Origin: Wickerhamiella versatilis
Taxonomy: Eukaryota
NCBI GenBank assembly: GCA_030867685.1
Contig: JAQOWU010000001.1
Location: 992,001-1,056,000 of the forward strand
DNA: 64,000 nt
Direction of reading: 5' to 3'
Part shown: positions 44,285-54,268 of the stretch, one piece after another
How positions within the stretch are numbered: the first letter of the stretch is position 1
Layout of the letters: each line of letters opens with the position of its first letter
Program-made: the position numbers and the translations under genes
The notes under the pieces: generated by a model
Told to the model about the DNA's origin: nothing
The model's database searches: none
What the model saw: only the letters and a program-made list of their open reading frames with translations

Positions 44285-45449
44285 GGTTTGCTTGCTAGGA
44301 TGACATGTGCTAATTATATATATAGGACTCTGATGAATAAGTTACTGACATTACTAACGTTATCTTGCGGGGCAATTTCTGCATAAGAATAATTACGAGG
44401 TATATCTCAAGTTCGGTCGACTGTTTACCATGACAGTCTCTTGAGGCTCACGTATTTGTAGCCAGGCCTCAATCTTTGCTTCGCTTACATGAAGGCCGCT
44501 CGATAATGTACTAGTCGTCGTCTTATATATGAACTGGTTTCGAGAATTGAGATAGACAACTTATTTAGCGTATAATCAATGCTGTTAGTTAGCGGTCTGC
44601 AATATAATTGATTATCTTAATAATTGCGGTTGTGCACTATGGACTCTTACCCTCGTTTACGATGACCAAGCCAATTTAGTAATGCTTTTTGAGTGCTTAA
44701 AAGGCCCTCCTTCCTGAGCAGTACAGATCCACATAGACCCATTAATGAATTTTACGAAAAGATTCAGGCTAACGAAAATCCAAATTTTCGGTCAAAGGAT
44801 ATTAATTTTGATGTAGGCCGACTCTATCTTCGTACCATCTGCCGTTGCAGGAAATAAACGTCCACTCCTGTGATAAGTGGTGGCATAAGCTTCAAATATA
44901 ATATAATTGAATACACAGCAGTGAAGCTGTTTTCATGATTTTACTCGCTGCTGGAATCTTATCGCTCTTCCTCCAGACAAATCATTGCTTCATAGGTACA
45001 AATTTACCAAAATAATCTTTGCACTGACATGCTACCATTGTTTGGATTGTCATCATGTTCAGCATGTTGTGAGTAAAGATGTCATTGCGATGAGGAGGTG
45101 GCAAGGGCTTGGATATATGACACTATATTTCAGGCACCCGGTCAGTTGGGTTTCTGATAAAAGATCGACTTTGATAAAAACTTGAGTAATGAGCGCACTT
45201 TCAGCCGTAGCTCTTCCATATCATAATCCAAGTTTAGAAGACTGATGGAGAAAAACTGTAAAGAGCGTCCGGGATATGACTTCTTTGAAAAATGATTTTT
45301 TAATGATTACGTGCAAATGAGTAATAAAATAGAGTGAAGTGAAGTATGTCATAGTTATCCATACCACCTATGCTAGTTCAAACAGATTATTTGATTCTTT
45401 GAATAATAAATGTCATTAAATGCTAATCGTTACGGGCATTTCATCAACA

Positions 45450-48074
45450 TTATTGCTCAGTGCCTATATCACGTAAAATTTGACGGAGATGAGGTCTTCT
45501 GAGTGGTTTACTGAGAAATTTGTTCATACCTGCTGCAATACAGCCATTGGCATTTGCTTCATCGGCAAATGCAGAAACAGCAACTATAGGACCCTCATAG
45601 TGCAGATCAGTGCGAATCCTTCTGGTGGCCTCATAGCCATCCATATTAGGCATCTGGACATCCATAAATACAATGTCAAACGAAGAATCAGTCATATGTT
45701 CTTGGACCTTAGTCAAAGCTTCGACACCATCACTAGCGACTTCAATATTTTCGATGCCGTCCATTTTGAGCATTCGTTTCATGACTTCTTGGTTAACCTT
45801 GTTGTCATCGACGACGAGAACCTTGAGACTGGATGGTGGCAATTCAGAGCATACATTCGACATAGATTCATGAGACCCCTGTACTGAAGGCGACTTCGTA
45901 TTTCTTTCCATGTCTACCTTATTTACTGGAGGATCCGATAAGCTTAAAGGACGTAAACATACCTTTTGCTCTTCTGCGATCATAGTTGTAACAATAGGAA
46001 TTTTGAATATGAACAAGGAGCCCCTGCCTAGTTCGCTTTTCACTTGGATTGTTCCACCCATTTTTTCGGCGAGATGACGACAAATGTAGAGGCCAAGCCC
46101 TGCTCCCTCCCTATGAGCGATTTTTTCACGTGTCCCAACCTCACCCTGGAAAAATTCATCGAAAATCTTTCGCTGCAATTCTGTATCGATACCAGGACCT
46201 GTATCCTCAATCTCAAAGGTAAAATCACGAATATCCCAATTACTGGGTGTCATTTTAACCCTGAAAAATAATTTCCCACCTTGTGGCGTGAACTTTAGCC
46301 CATTAGACATGAGATTGAAGATGACCTGTAATATACGGTTTGTGTCTCCATGAAGAACAACCCATTGAGTTGCTGGGTCTATGTCAAATGATAGCTGGAT
46401 ATCTTTAAGGCCGCACTGTTCGGTGAATATGGCGTTGAGTTGGTTTCTAATATCAGAGACAGTGAATTCGCGCATCTCAAGAGTAATGCTTTCGTCTTCA
46501 GTTTGATTGAACGACAGCAGGTCTGTAATTAAATGCAACAGTAGATCACTGCACTTGAATATTGTCCTCAAAGATTCGTGAATTTGATCAGCATCATCAT
46601 CACCAAGACATAACGTTGCCGTACCCAATATACCATTAAGGGGTGTGCGCAGTTCATGAGTAACTCGAGCGAGAAAATGGGATTTCGCATCATTTGCATT
46701 ATTTGCAGCTATCCGAGCCGCCTCAATTTCCTCGTTACGCTGGTATACGCGCTTCTCGAGATGTGAATATTGTAATGCAAGACTATCGTTCATTTCATTA
46801 AATTGTTGAGCAATATCATCCAGTTCATCTCTCAAGTGTGGGCGGAAGGGCACATATTCAGGAACCTGGCCTTCAGAATCACAATCAGTATTTGAAACTT
46901 GGCAAGCACTATCTGGCAAAATCCACCACGGAATTATGAGCCACTGGCGAGTTGCCGGTTTTTCATGCATGGTCGCCATTTTCAATCGGCGTATTTGCCG
47001 CGATCCAAGACTCGCCATGATAAATGTAAATAAGAGCATCCCTCCTACAATAGAAAACACCGTTATAAGAATAAGATTGCGCAGCGTAGCTGGCATGGCA
47101 TTATATCCCTTGGAATGTTGGTAAAGTACCACAAAATAATCCTCTGTTGTACTTACTCGTGACACGCTAACTAGAAGCTTACCTTCACCTTCAGAGGCAT
47201 CGACAAACTCTGCACTTAAATATGGATTGGACTCCGATATATTTTTTGCTTGCTCCTGGCCAATAGACACGTTGGTCTCTGGGAAAATTCCTATTAAGCC
47301 ACCCGTGCCACTCTGCCTCTTACAAAGGATTGCTGTATCGATGTAGGTGTGTGAATAATTTGAGGTTTGACTTTCCAGTTGACGTACTATTGCCTCCGCA
47401 GTAAAAAATATAGTCATAAACCCAATAGTGGGTACCTGTTTTTCTGGTTCATCCAAAGACACCAGTCCGTTTTTAGTGAGGGCCAAGCTGATACTGAACA
47501 GTTCATTAATAGCATCCTTACCAGGAACCAAAGCACTATCTTCAAGATAGGGTCCTTCTACAATTTGTTTGGCTATACTAAACTTCTCCTTTGTTTTATT
47601 TTTTTCCCAGGAGTTTAGTCCAGACAGAGGCCGTAGCCGTGTGCTGTTTATAGATGGGTTCAAATAACGGGACTGAATAGCAGCGATTTCTTCTAAGTTT
47701 TCATCAAACAGCTGAAGGAGAAGGGCTCGATTCACATTGAATGTTTCAAATAGTTTTTGGTCCTGTTCGAGGACAAATGCAGAATCTTGACTATTGGACA
47801 GAATCAACTGAACCTCATGACTCAGGGCGAAGAAATGTGCAATATTATTATGTTGACTGATAGTTTGAGCCACTCCATCGCTGCGCATTCGACAGTTAAT
47901 ATCAAGGTTAACTTTCTGCATATTGTGCACTGTATCCACACTAAGCACAAATAAAGCGGCAGCAAATGTGGCAAGGCATACCGCAGAAAAAATGAATATA
48001 GAGGACGTGATCTGAAACTGTATTCCGAGGTATGGCCTTGGTATGTGCATAGGCACGTCCACGTTCTTTTGCAC
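45450..48074 (-). CDS. SLN1: Membrane-bound hybrid histidine kinase, Sln1-type
   Basis: Two TM helices, HELRTPLNGI, NGLKFT, DTGPGI and GAGLGL, plus a receiver domain (VVDDN, FMDVQMPNMDG, KP). Orthologue versus paralogue status is not resolved. Confidence 0.85.
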   Translation of the reverse strand: MQKNVDVPMHIPRPYLGIQFQITSSIFIFSAVCLATFAAALFVLSVDTVHNMQKVNLDINCRMRSDGVAQTISQHNNIAHFFALSHEVQLILSNSQDSAFVLEQDQKLFETFNVNRALLLQLFDENLEEIAAIQSRYLNPSINSTRLRPLSGLNSWEKNKTKEKFSIAKQIVEGPYLEDSALVPGKDAINELFSISLALTKNGLVSLDEPEKQVPTIGFMTIFFTAEAIVRQLESQTSNYSHTYIDTAILCKRQSGTGGLIGIFPETNVSIGQEQAKNISESNPYLSAEFVDASEGEGKLLVSVSRVSTTEDYFVVLYQHSKGYNAMPATLRNLILITVFSIVGGMLLFTFIMASLGSRQIRRLKMATMHEKPATRQWLIIPWWILPDSACQVSNTDCDSEGQVPEYVPFRPHLRDELDDIAQQFNEMNDSLALQYSHLEKRVYQRNEEIEAARIAANNANDAKSHFLARVTHELRTPLNGILGTATLCLGDDDADQIHESLRTIFKCSDLLLHLITDLLSFNQTEDESITLEMREFTVSDIRNQLNAIFTEQCGLKDIQLSFDIDPATQWVVLHGDTNRILQVIFNLMSNGLKFTPQGGKLFFRVKMTPSNWDIRDFTFEIEDTGPGIDTELQRKIFDEFFQGEVGTREKIAHREGAGLGLYICRHLAEKMGGTIQVKSELGRGSLFIFKIPIVTTMIAEEQKVCLRPLSLSDPPVNKVDMERNTKSPSVQGSHESMSNVCSELPPSSLKVLVVDDNKVNQEVMKRMLKMDGIENIEVASDGVEALTKVQEHMTDSSFDIVFMDVQMPNMDGYEATRRIRTDLHYEGPIVAVSAFADEANANGCIAAGMNKFLSKPLRRPHLRQILRDIGTEQ

Positions 48075-49162
48075 GATTACTTAATGTTGAGACAATCAAC
48101 TAATTCGCTACGTGAGACTCTCTCAAGCATATACCATATAGCCGCTTCTGGAATTCATACTCCTGAAATACTGAAGTGGTTATTCCATTGCCATATATTT
48201 TCACATCACTATATACAAATTGCATGGATGACGCGTAGGCAATAGGCATCGGGGGTGATTATTTGTGAAGAAATGATGACTAGCATACTTCAATAAGGAT
48301 CCTAAAGTCTCAACATAGGAGGGAAGGAATATGTACAGGCCGCTTTCGATTGCCAAGAATATACGTAACTTGTGGCTTGTACTATCATTAGCCTAGCTTG
48401 CTCATCGAGTTCAATATTAAGCAATAAGACATTTAAGATTCCAAAAAAATTGAACTGAACTACACGATTCAACTCTAAGTCTATATTATTGATGCACAAA
48501 ATAAAACATTTGTTTCGCAGGCCCTAACAGCGGATAAAAAATTTATAAGCTGTGAAGTAAGACCGGAGACGTCATATGATATTAAAATCTCGGATTATTA
48601 TTAATGTTGCATTAACGATACTTTCTGCCATATGAAATAAAAAATGAATGTCGGACTTTTCATGTTTAACGTACTAGCAAGCTACAATAAGAAGTTTTTT
48701 TATGACACGATAGAAGCTTTTTTTGTGGACGGTCGGCCCGAATTCGCTCATTCGCTGCTACTAATTCCATTCACCAATTTATAAGTGAATGAGAACACTA
48801 TGATTTATCACGGGTGAATTAAATATGCTGTGATGCCTTCAAACCCTACAATGCCTGTAACCTCCGGTTGCGCCCTGCAGACAATGTATTTATATCGAAA
48901 CAAGAGTAAATCTTAATAGTGCCAAAGAATTCAGGCTACCGAACCTATCACCTAATTTCAAGATTAAGCGACATACCACCGCCTAAGCTGTTCGGACAAG
49001 ATACATGAAAAAAACTACGGCATGGTATCATTCACACAGTCGTTGTATTCAGTAACGGTAAACCATATGTTTGATTGATAGTTGTTCGCAACCCTTTTAT
49101 GGTATAAATATATATTGGCCATTATTGAGCTCGTATAGATAAAAAAAAAGGAGTGAAGATAC

Positions 49163-50718
49163 CTATTCACCAAGGACTGAATTCACGTCGTACCCCTCGT
49201 CAGAAAGCAGATTTCGAAATTTAGCGTCCTGCTCCGCTGCTGATTGCTGGGTTAATTCTGGGAGGAGCAGTGAGATTACCGCTGAAAATAAGCAAAGTGA
49301 GGATGAGATGTAAAACAAAACTGAAATGCCCGTGTCACTGTCGACACCTCCGTATCGTCTAGCGATAGCTGGAAATGTATAGGATCCCGCCAAAGCTCCT
49401 GCCTTGCCCATAGCAGCAGCAAAGCCATAGCCACGGCCCCTGATTGGAGTAGGGACTGCCTTAGAGGCAATTAAAATAGTGTTGTCACCTGGTCCAGCCT
49501 CACCGAGTGCCGTAAAAATACCATAAACAACCACAAATGCACCTACGCTACTTCGTAGGCTGGGAAAGTATACCGCAGTTATAAATCCAATAATTCCCTG
49601 AAGGACTAAGCAGATCGTCAGCGTAAGTCGGGGTCCAAGCCAGTCTGCCGAGACCCCGCCAAGAAAAGTACCAGGTAGATAGAAAAAGTTGAATAAGATC
49701 GTCCAAGCAAAGGACTTGCGAATATCGGACTTACCATCGTCTGTTGTGGCAAGTGCACTGAGAATAAAAGGGTAATAAGCCCCCAGGAGTACGACAATGC
49801 ATCGTAAATGAACCATATCAGGGACACCAGGCCAATGGAGCCGCCCCAATGCTTGATCATCATACCATAGGGCTGCTTTACGCGACGCATAGAATTCGAT
49901 CGGAAATCGCGTGATTCTTGAAGCTTTACCCTCATCAACAGTAGAATGAAGGAGGGTACGGCACCGAGGCCTAATTGGAGTCGCCAAGCAGTTTGCATAC
50001 CGTGATCTGAACCTGCGGACGGAACACCACAGATGTACAACAATACCAATGCGACTATGCTTGATACAAAAAACCCAGTGTCCAAGGCGCTGCAAGTGGT
50101 CCAAATTACCCAGCGGTGGCGCGAACCAGCTTTGAATCGTGAGCTAGCCTCGGTGCACGCTGCTGAGCCACATGGGTATTCTCCGCCAATACCTACGCCT
50201 AAAAAGACACGCCACACTGATAGAGCTGCGAACATCCCTGCAGGATTCGTGGGCATGCCCAATCCCCATGATCCAGCGGCAAGAACAGAAAATAGTATTA
50301 GCATCAATGTGCACACAATTAGACCGGTCTTGCGGCCAATATGGTCAGACAGGAATCCAAATGTGAGCATCCCGACAATTGCTCCGGCATATCCAAGACC
50401 ACCAATATTTGACATAGCTACGTTTTTATCAAACGAAGAATCCCCATAGATAGTGGACAAAAACTGGGTCACAAAGCCTATACTATTGTTTAAGTACCCG
50501 TCGCTGAATAGCCCTGTTCCAGTTGCTATTACTTGCCAGTATCGTGAATGTTTCTCTTCCTCACCTTGGTTCTCGTAGTCATCCAAAGTCGAACTTGTGA
50601 TAATTTCATTGTGCTTCTCAATTGAGCTGGAATCGGCGGCATATTCCTTAATAGAGGACGTACCCATCCAGCTTGGAGGGTGTGCCTCTCTACGTAGCAT
50701 TTCAAGATAACGTTGCAT
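49163..50718 (-). pseudogene. GIT1/PHO84-family MFS (glycerophosphodiester/phosphate) transporter with a 1-nt frameshift at 49780-49784
   Basis: The N-terminal half (GLFSDGYLNN, SDHIGRK, GIGGEYP) and C-terminal half (FYLPGT, GEAGPGDN, PTPIRG, AAMGKAG) are in different frames. One extra G in the G5 run joins them as YSWG-AYYPF. This could be a homopolymer sequencing error. Confidence 0.85.
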
Positions 50719-50799
50719 ATCTCCTTATTTCGAAAAGCTATGCTAAATGGATTTTAGATCCACCAATTTATTATACCTTTTCTGCACGCATTTCTCTTC

Positions 50800-50871
50800 C
50801 CACGTGCTGCTGACATTATAAGTTCTACTTATACCTCATTATTACCTGGGTGTCAATCAATAAGCACGTGG
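50800..50871. promoter_or_regulatory. Two inverted Pho4-type boxes (AGCACGTGG)
   Basis: CCACGTGCT at 50800-50808 and AGCACGTGG at 50863-50871, in the divergent transporter/lysR promoter. Confidence 0.7.
50817..50833. promoter_or_regulatory. Candidate LysR operator, copy 1
   Basis: TATAAG-TTCTA-CTTATA: perfect 6-bp arms around a T-N11-A core. Confidence 0.65.
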
Positions 50872-50979
50872 TTACAGTGTCACGCAGGGATACATTTGAA
50901 ATTGATTACGTACTTCTTGTCATATTCCCCTACCCTTTTGGCAAGTCGCTCTAATCAGTCGTGCTGTCTCTATGTATGA

Positions 50980-51897
50980 ATGGGAGTTTCTCACACACAA
51001 CTTAAAGCATTCCATAGTGTTGCTTTGACAAAGTCATTTACTCGTGCAGCCCATTCACTCGGGATGTCGCAGCCTGCTGTCTCTGAACAGGTCCGCAAGA
51101 TGGAGGAACAATACGCTGTGCAGCTCTTCACACGATCCCATCGTACCATTTCTCTAACTCGAAAAGGCGAACAGCTTTTCCAACTAACTAGTAAGCTATT
51201 CTCAATGGAAGCTGATATCCAAGAATTATTGCAAGCAGGTGACTCTAAAAAATCTTTGACACTGGCTGTCGACTCCCCACGACATCTATCCGCATTTCTC
51301 GCTCTTTTTTGTCAGCTCTATCCCACAATTGAAGTTTCCTTGATTACAGGAAACTCTGAACAGAATCTGACTCGTCTTCTGTCCAGTGAAGCAGATGTTG
51401 CTGTGGTGGGTCGCAATCTTGAGACATCCAATCAGCAGAATCCCCAAATTGAGTCAATAGTCTTGAATGTTGCACCGATACTTTTGATGTGTGGAAGAAG
51501 TCACCCTTGGAGTCAACGAGTGAATGCCTCAAAAGCGGTAAGTATTAGAGAGCTTCGGGGTCAGACACTAGTTATGCGTGAGCGCGGATCGGCCACCCGA
51601 AAGCTTGTTGAGAATACCCTAGAAGCCCATAATATCGATGTTAGGTCAGTCATTGAGACCACTGGGCGTGAAGCTGACAATGACCTAGTGGCAGATGACC
51701 TAGGGGTTGGGTTTGTGTCTGCTGCTGAAAGTTATAGCGATATACGTATTGTGCTACTACAGTTGTATGATGCAGAAATAATTATGTATGAACGTCTAGT
51801 TTGGTTGAAGGAGAATACTAACAGCTGTACTGATTTGTTCGTGCAGCTAATTCAGGATGAGCGTTCCACATTATATTCTGATGGTTGGGTTTCTTAA
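50980..51897 (+). CDS. Bacterial LysR-type transcriptional regulator, AEP-catabolism-associated type
   Basis: Winged HTH (QLKAFHSVA..SFTRAAHSLGMSQPAVSEQVRKME) and substrate-binding domain (LAVDSP, TGNS, MRERGSATR, LGVGFVS). The N-terminus resembles the Pseudomonas LysR found beside phnWX, from memory. Confidence 0.93.
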   Translation: MGVSHTQLKAFHSVALTKSFTRAAHSLGMSQPAVSEQVRKMEEQYAVQLFTRSHRTISLTRKGEQLFQLTSKLFSMEADIQELLQAGDSKKSLTLAVDSPRHLSAFLALFCQLYPTIEVSLITGNSEQNLTRLLSSEADVAVVGRNLETSNQQNPQIESIVLNVAPILLMCGRSHPWSQRVNASKAVSIRELRGQTLVMRERGSATRKLVENTLEAHNIDVRSVIETTGREADNDLVADDLGVGFVSAAESYSDIRIVLLQLYDAEIIMYERLVWLKENTNSCTDLFVQLIQDERSTLYSDGWVS

Positions 51898-51912
51898 TTC
51901 AATTACTCACTA

Positions 51913-52718
51913 TTAACATAGTCCCTCAGGTGATTGACCTGCTGCCAGGCACTCATTTATTTCTTCAATAATATTCGGCAGTTCTGCTACGGTGTTAACG
52001 TAGAAATGGGGACGTGAAGACTTAAGGTGCTTCTTCACGTGTAAACAGGCCCGATTCTGCTGCTCCTTATCAAGAGCATCCCACTGACTTAGTGTCATTC
52101 CCATATTGTTACTGAACCCGAGAACTGCTACTGTCCACATTCCGGCATGTCTGCCCTCAAGAATACCAGGTGCAGTGTCATCCACTTTGACACAAGCGGA
52201 GACGTCCTCAACGTTAAGCTTAATGACGTTGAGTAATGCTTGCGCTGGCCATGGTCGTCCACGTGGTACATCATCACTTGCGACCCAGTAGTCTGGTTTA
52301 TATCCAGCTGCCGCTGATAAGTTGACCACGCGCTCCATTGCGGCTCGAGGGTATCCTGAGCATGTTCCAATTTTTATGTTGTGGGACTTTAACCAAGAAA
52401 CTGTCTCCAGAGTTCCGGGTATTAATTTTGAGTAGTCTGCTATGGTCTCGATCTGTAAAGGCAAGAACCGACTGTATACTGAGAGCCAAATTTCTTCTCC
52501 CACCTTTCTCTGATGGTGTCATCGGCTAGAAGAGCCCGAATATGATCAATTTTAGCCATACCCATAGGTCCGCGTGCTTCCACGAGGGAAATCTCAATTC
52601 CGACAGCTGCAAAAGCATCCACAAACACTTGTGTGGGGGCAAAACAACCAAAATCTATCGTACTACCAGCCCAATCAAAAATTACGGCCTCTAAAGCCTT
52701 TGTTTTAATGTATTTCAT
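51913..52718 (-). pseudogene. phnX: Phosphonoacetaldehyde hydrolase (phosphonatase), frameshifted near 52485
   Basis: 5' part from ATG 52718: IFDWAGSTIDFGCFAP and EARGPMGMAK (Schiff-base Lys). 3' part, in another frame: RFLPLQI, CSGYP, GRPWPAQAL and VKVDDTAPGILEGRHAGMWTV. Confidence 0.93.
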
Positions 52719-52774
52719 TATGTGCACTAATCTAGCTATGATATATATGGGTATATATATGCATCTGAGCTTAC

Positions 52775-52791
52775 TATAGGCTGAACTTATA
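52775..52791. promoter_or_regulatory. Candidate LysR operator, copy 2
   Basis: TATAGG-CTGAA-CTTATA. Confidence 0.7.
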
Positions 52792-52823
52792 CGTATGCAA
52801 GTAACCTCGCGTTCATCTGTAAG

Positions 52824-52840
52824 CATAAGCTCAGCCTATA
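52824..52840. promoter_or_regulatory. Candidate LysR operator, copy 3 (inverted relative to copy 2)
   Basis: CATAAG-CTCAG-CCTATA. Its reverse complement, TATAGGCTGAGCTTATG, matches copy 2 at 15/17 positions. Confidence 0.7.
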
Positions 52841-52930
52841 CTAGTTGATAATCCCCTTACCCAGTATTTTTAAAAGATACTGAACAATCCTAATCTTATT
52901 TAACTGCGATAAATCAGGAAAGAGGTCTTT

Positions 52931-54025
52931 ATGACGATTCTTCTAACTCCCGGCCCGCTCACGACCTCCCGGCAAACGCGAGATGCCATGATGGTCGATT
53001 GGGGTTCAAGAGATAGCGATTTCACAGGCATGTGCGCGACTATCTGTAAACAGCTGATCGACATTATCAATGGCGAGAAAACGCACGTATGCGTACCACT
53101 TCAAGGTAGTGGGACGTTTGCGGTCGAGGCTGCTTTGGGTACACTGGTTTCGCCCAAGGGCGATGCCATTCTAATCCTCAGTAACGGTGCTTATGGTAGG
53201 CGTATGAAACAGATATGTGACAAAATATGCCGCAAAAGTTTTATTATTGAATGGCCAGAAAGCGAAGTCACAGACCCGACAACTGTCGATAGCTATTTGA
53301 CGTCCCACCCTGAAGCGACCCATGTCGCTCTGGTACACTGTGAGACAAGCGTAGGTATCATGAATCCATTACATCAAATTGCGAAAGTGGTAGAAAAACA
53401 CAAAAAAAAGCTGATTGTTGATGCAATGAGCTCTCTGGGGGCTCTTCCGATAGACGTAACGGCTCACCCAGCAATTATTGCGGTAATAGCCGCTAGCGGA
53501 AAATGTCTCGAAGGAGTTCCAGGGATGGCATTTGTGCTCGTAAATAGGCTGAACCTGCTTAATTGTAAAGATAACGCTCATTCTATTGTACTCGATCTCT
53601 ACGATCAGTTTGTGGTAATGGAAAGAACTGGACAGTGGCGCTTCACCCCACCGACGCATGTCGTCGCTGCGTTGCATTCGGCCTTGTCTCAGTTCATTTC
53701 TGAAGGTGGTCAAAAAGCTAGGTTGGCTCGATACCAGCGCAACATGGATACTTTAAGCAGTGGGCTCGATTCTCTCGGCATCAAACGCTATTTGCGTAAT
53801 GAGAACCAAGCACCAATTATCATGACATGCTACACCCCAATTAGCAACACCTGGGACTTCAACAAGTTCTACAATCTTACTCGCTCCAAAGGCTTTGCCC
53901 TCTACCCTGGAAACCTGACGGCGGCCAGTACCTTCCGTGTTGGTTGTATTGGTGATGTTCAGCCTGAAGACTTGGAAGCCGCCGTCGATGCCATACGTGC
54001 TTCATTGAATGAATTGGGTATCTAG
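52931..54025 (+). CDS. phnW: 2-aminoethylphosphonate:pyruvate transaminase
   Basis: ILLTPGPLTTS, LQGSGTFAVEA, NGAYG, HCETS, DAMSS, SGKCLEGVPG (PLP Lys), QWRFTPPTHVV and FRVGCIG; adjacent to phnX. Confidence 0.96.
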   Translation: MTILLTPGPLTTSRQTRDAMMVDWGSRDSDFTGMCATICKQLIDIINGEKTHVCVPLQGSGTFAVEAALGTLVSPKGDAILILSNGAYGRRMKQICDKICRKSFIIEWPESEVTDPTTVDSYLTSHPEATHVALVHCETSVGIMNPLHQIAKVVEKHKKKLIVDAMSSLGALPIDVTAHPAIIAVIAASGKCLEGVPGMAFVLVNRLNLLNCKDNAHSIVLDLYDQFVVMERTGQWRFTPPTHVVAALHSALSQFISEGGQKARLARYQRNMDTLSSGLDSLGIKRYLRNENQAPIIMTCYTPISNTWDFNKFYNLTRSKGFALYPGNLTAASTFRVGCIGDVQPEDLEAAVDAIRASLNELGI

Positions 54026-54268
54026 AGTAACACAAGACAGCTCTATATTATATACAGGAGATTGCAATATATGCATATAAATTAATACAATATAATGCGA
54101 TCTGAAGCTAGAAAGGTGTGCTACAGTGCTGCTTGTACTCATATCTAATGTTTTATAGTAAGACAATTAAATTGTGGTACCGCTTAGCGTAAGCACGATA
54201 TAACCCTTGCCCAAATGGCGGAACTATTTAATGTATAAGTGGTTAGACTCTTTGTAGACCCAACACCA

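Noticed and set aside
50719-50727. Shine-Dalgarno-like TAAGGAG before the transporter ATG, and GAGGT at 52922-52926 before phnW
   Set aside because: Spacing to the ATG is only 2-4 nt, the motifs are short, and the transporter is of fungal type. They cannot be distinguished from chance.
51856-51897. LysR C-terminal tail (DERSTLYSDGWVS) as an acquired acidic activation domain
   Set aside because: It is too short to support without an alignment to bacterial homologues or a one-hybrid test.
52480-52500. Programmed -1 frameshift or intron rescuing phnX
   Set aside because: There is no in-frame X XXY YYZ heptamer at the junction and no splice signals. Sequence is missing rather than inserted relative to homologues.
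50980-54025. Bacterial contamination as the explanation for the phn genes
   Set aside because: The genes are contiguous with fungal genes, look similar in base composition, have non-operonic orientation and share a promoter with Pho4-type boxes. Read-level confirmation is still needed.
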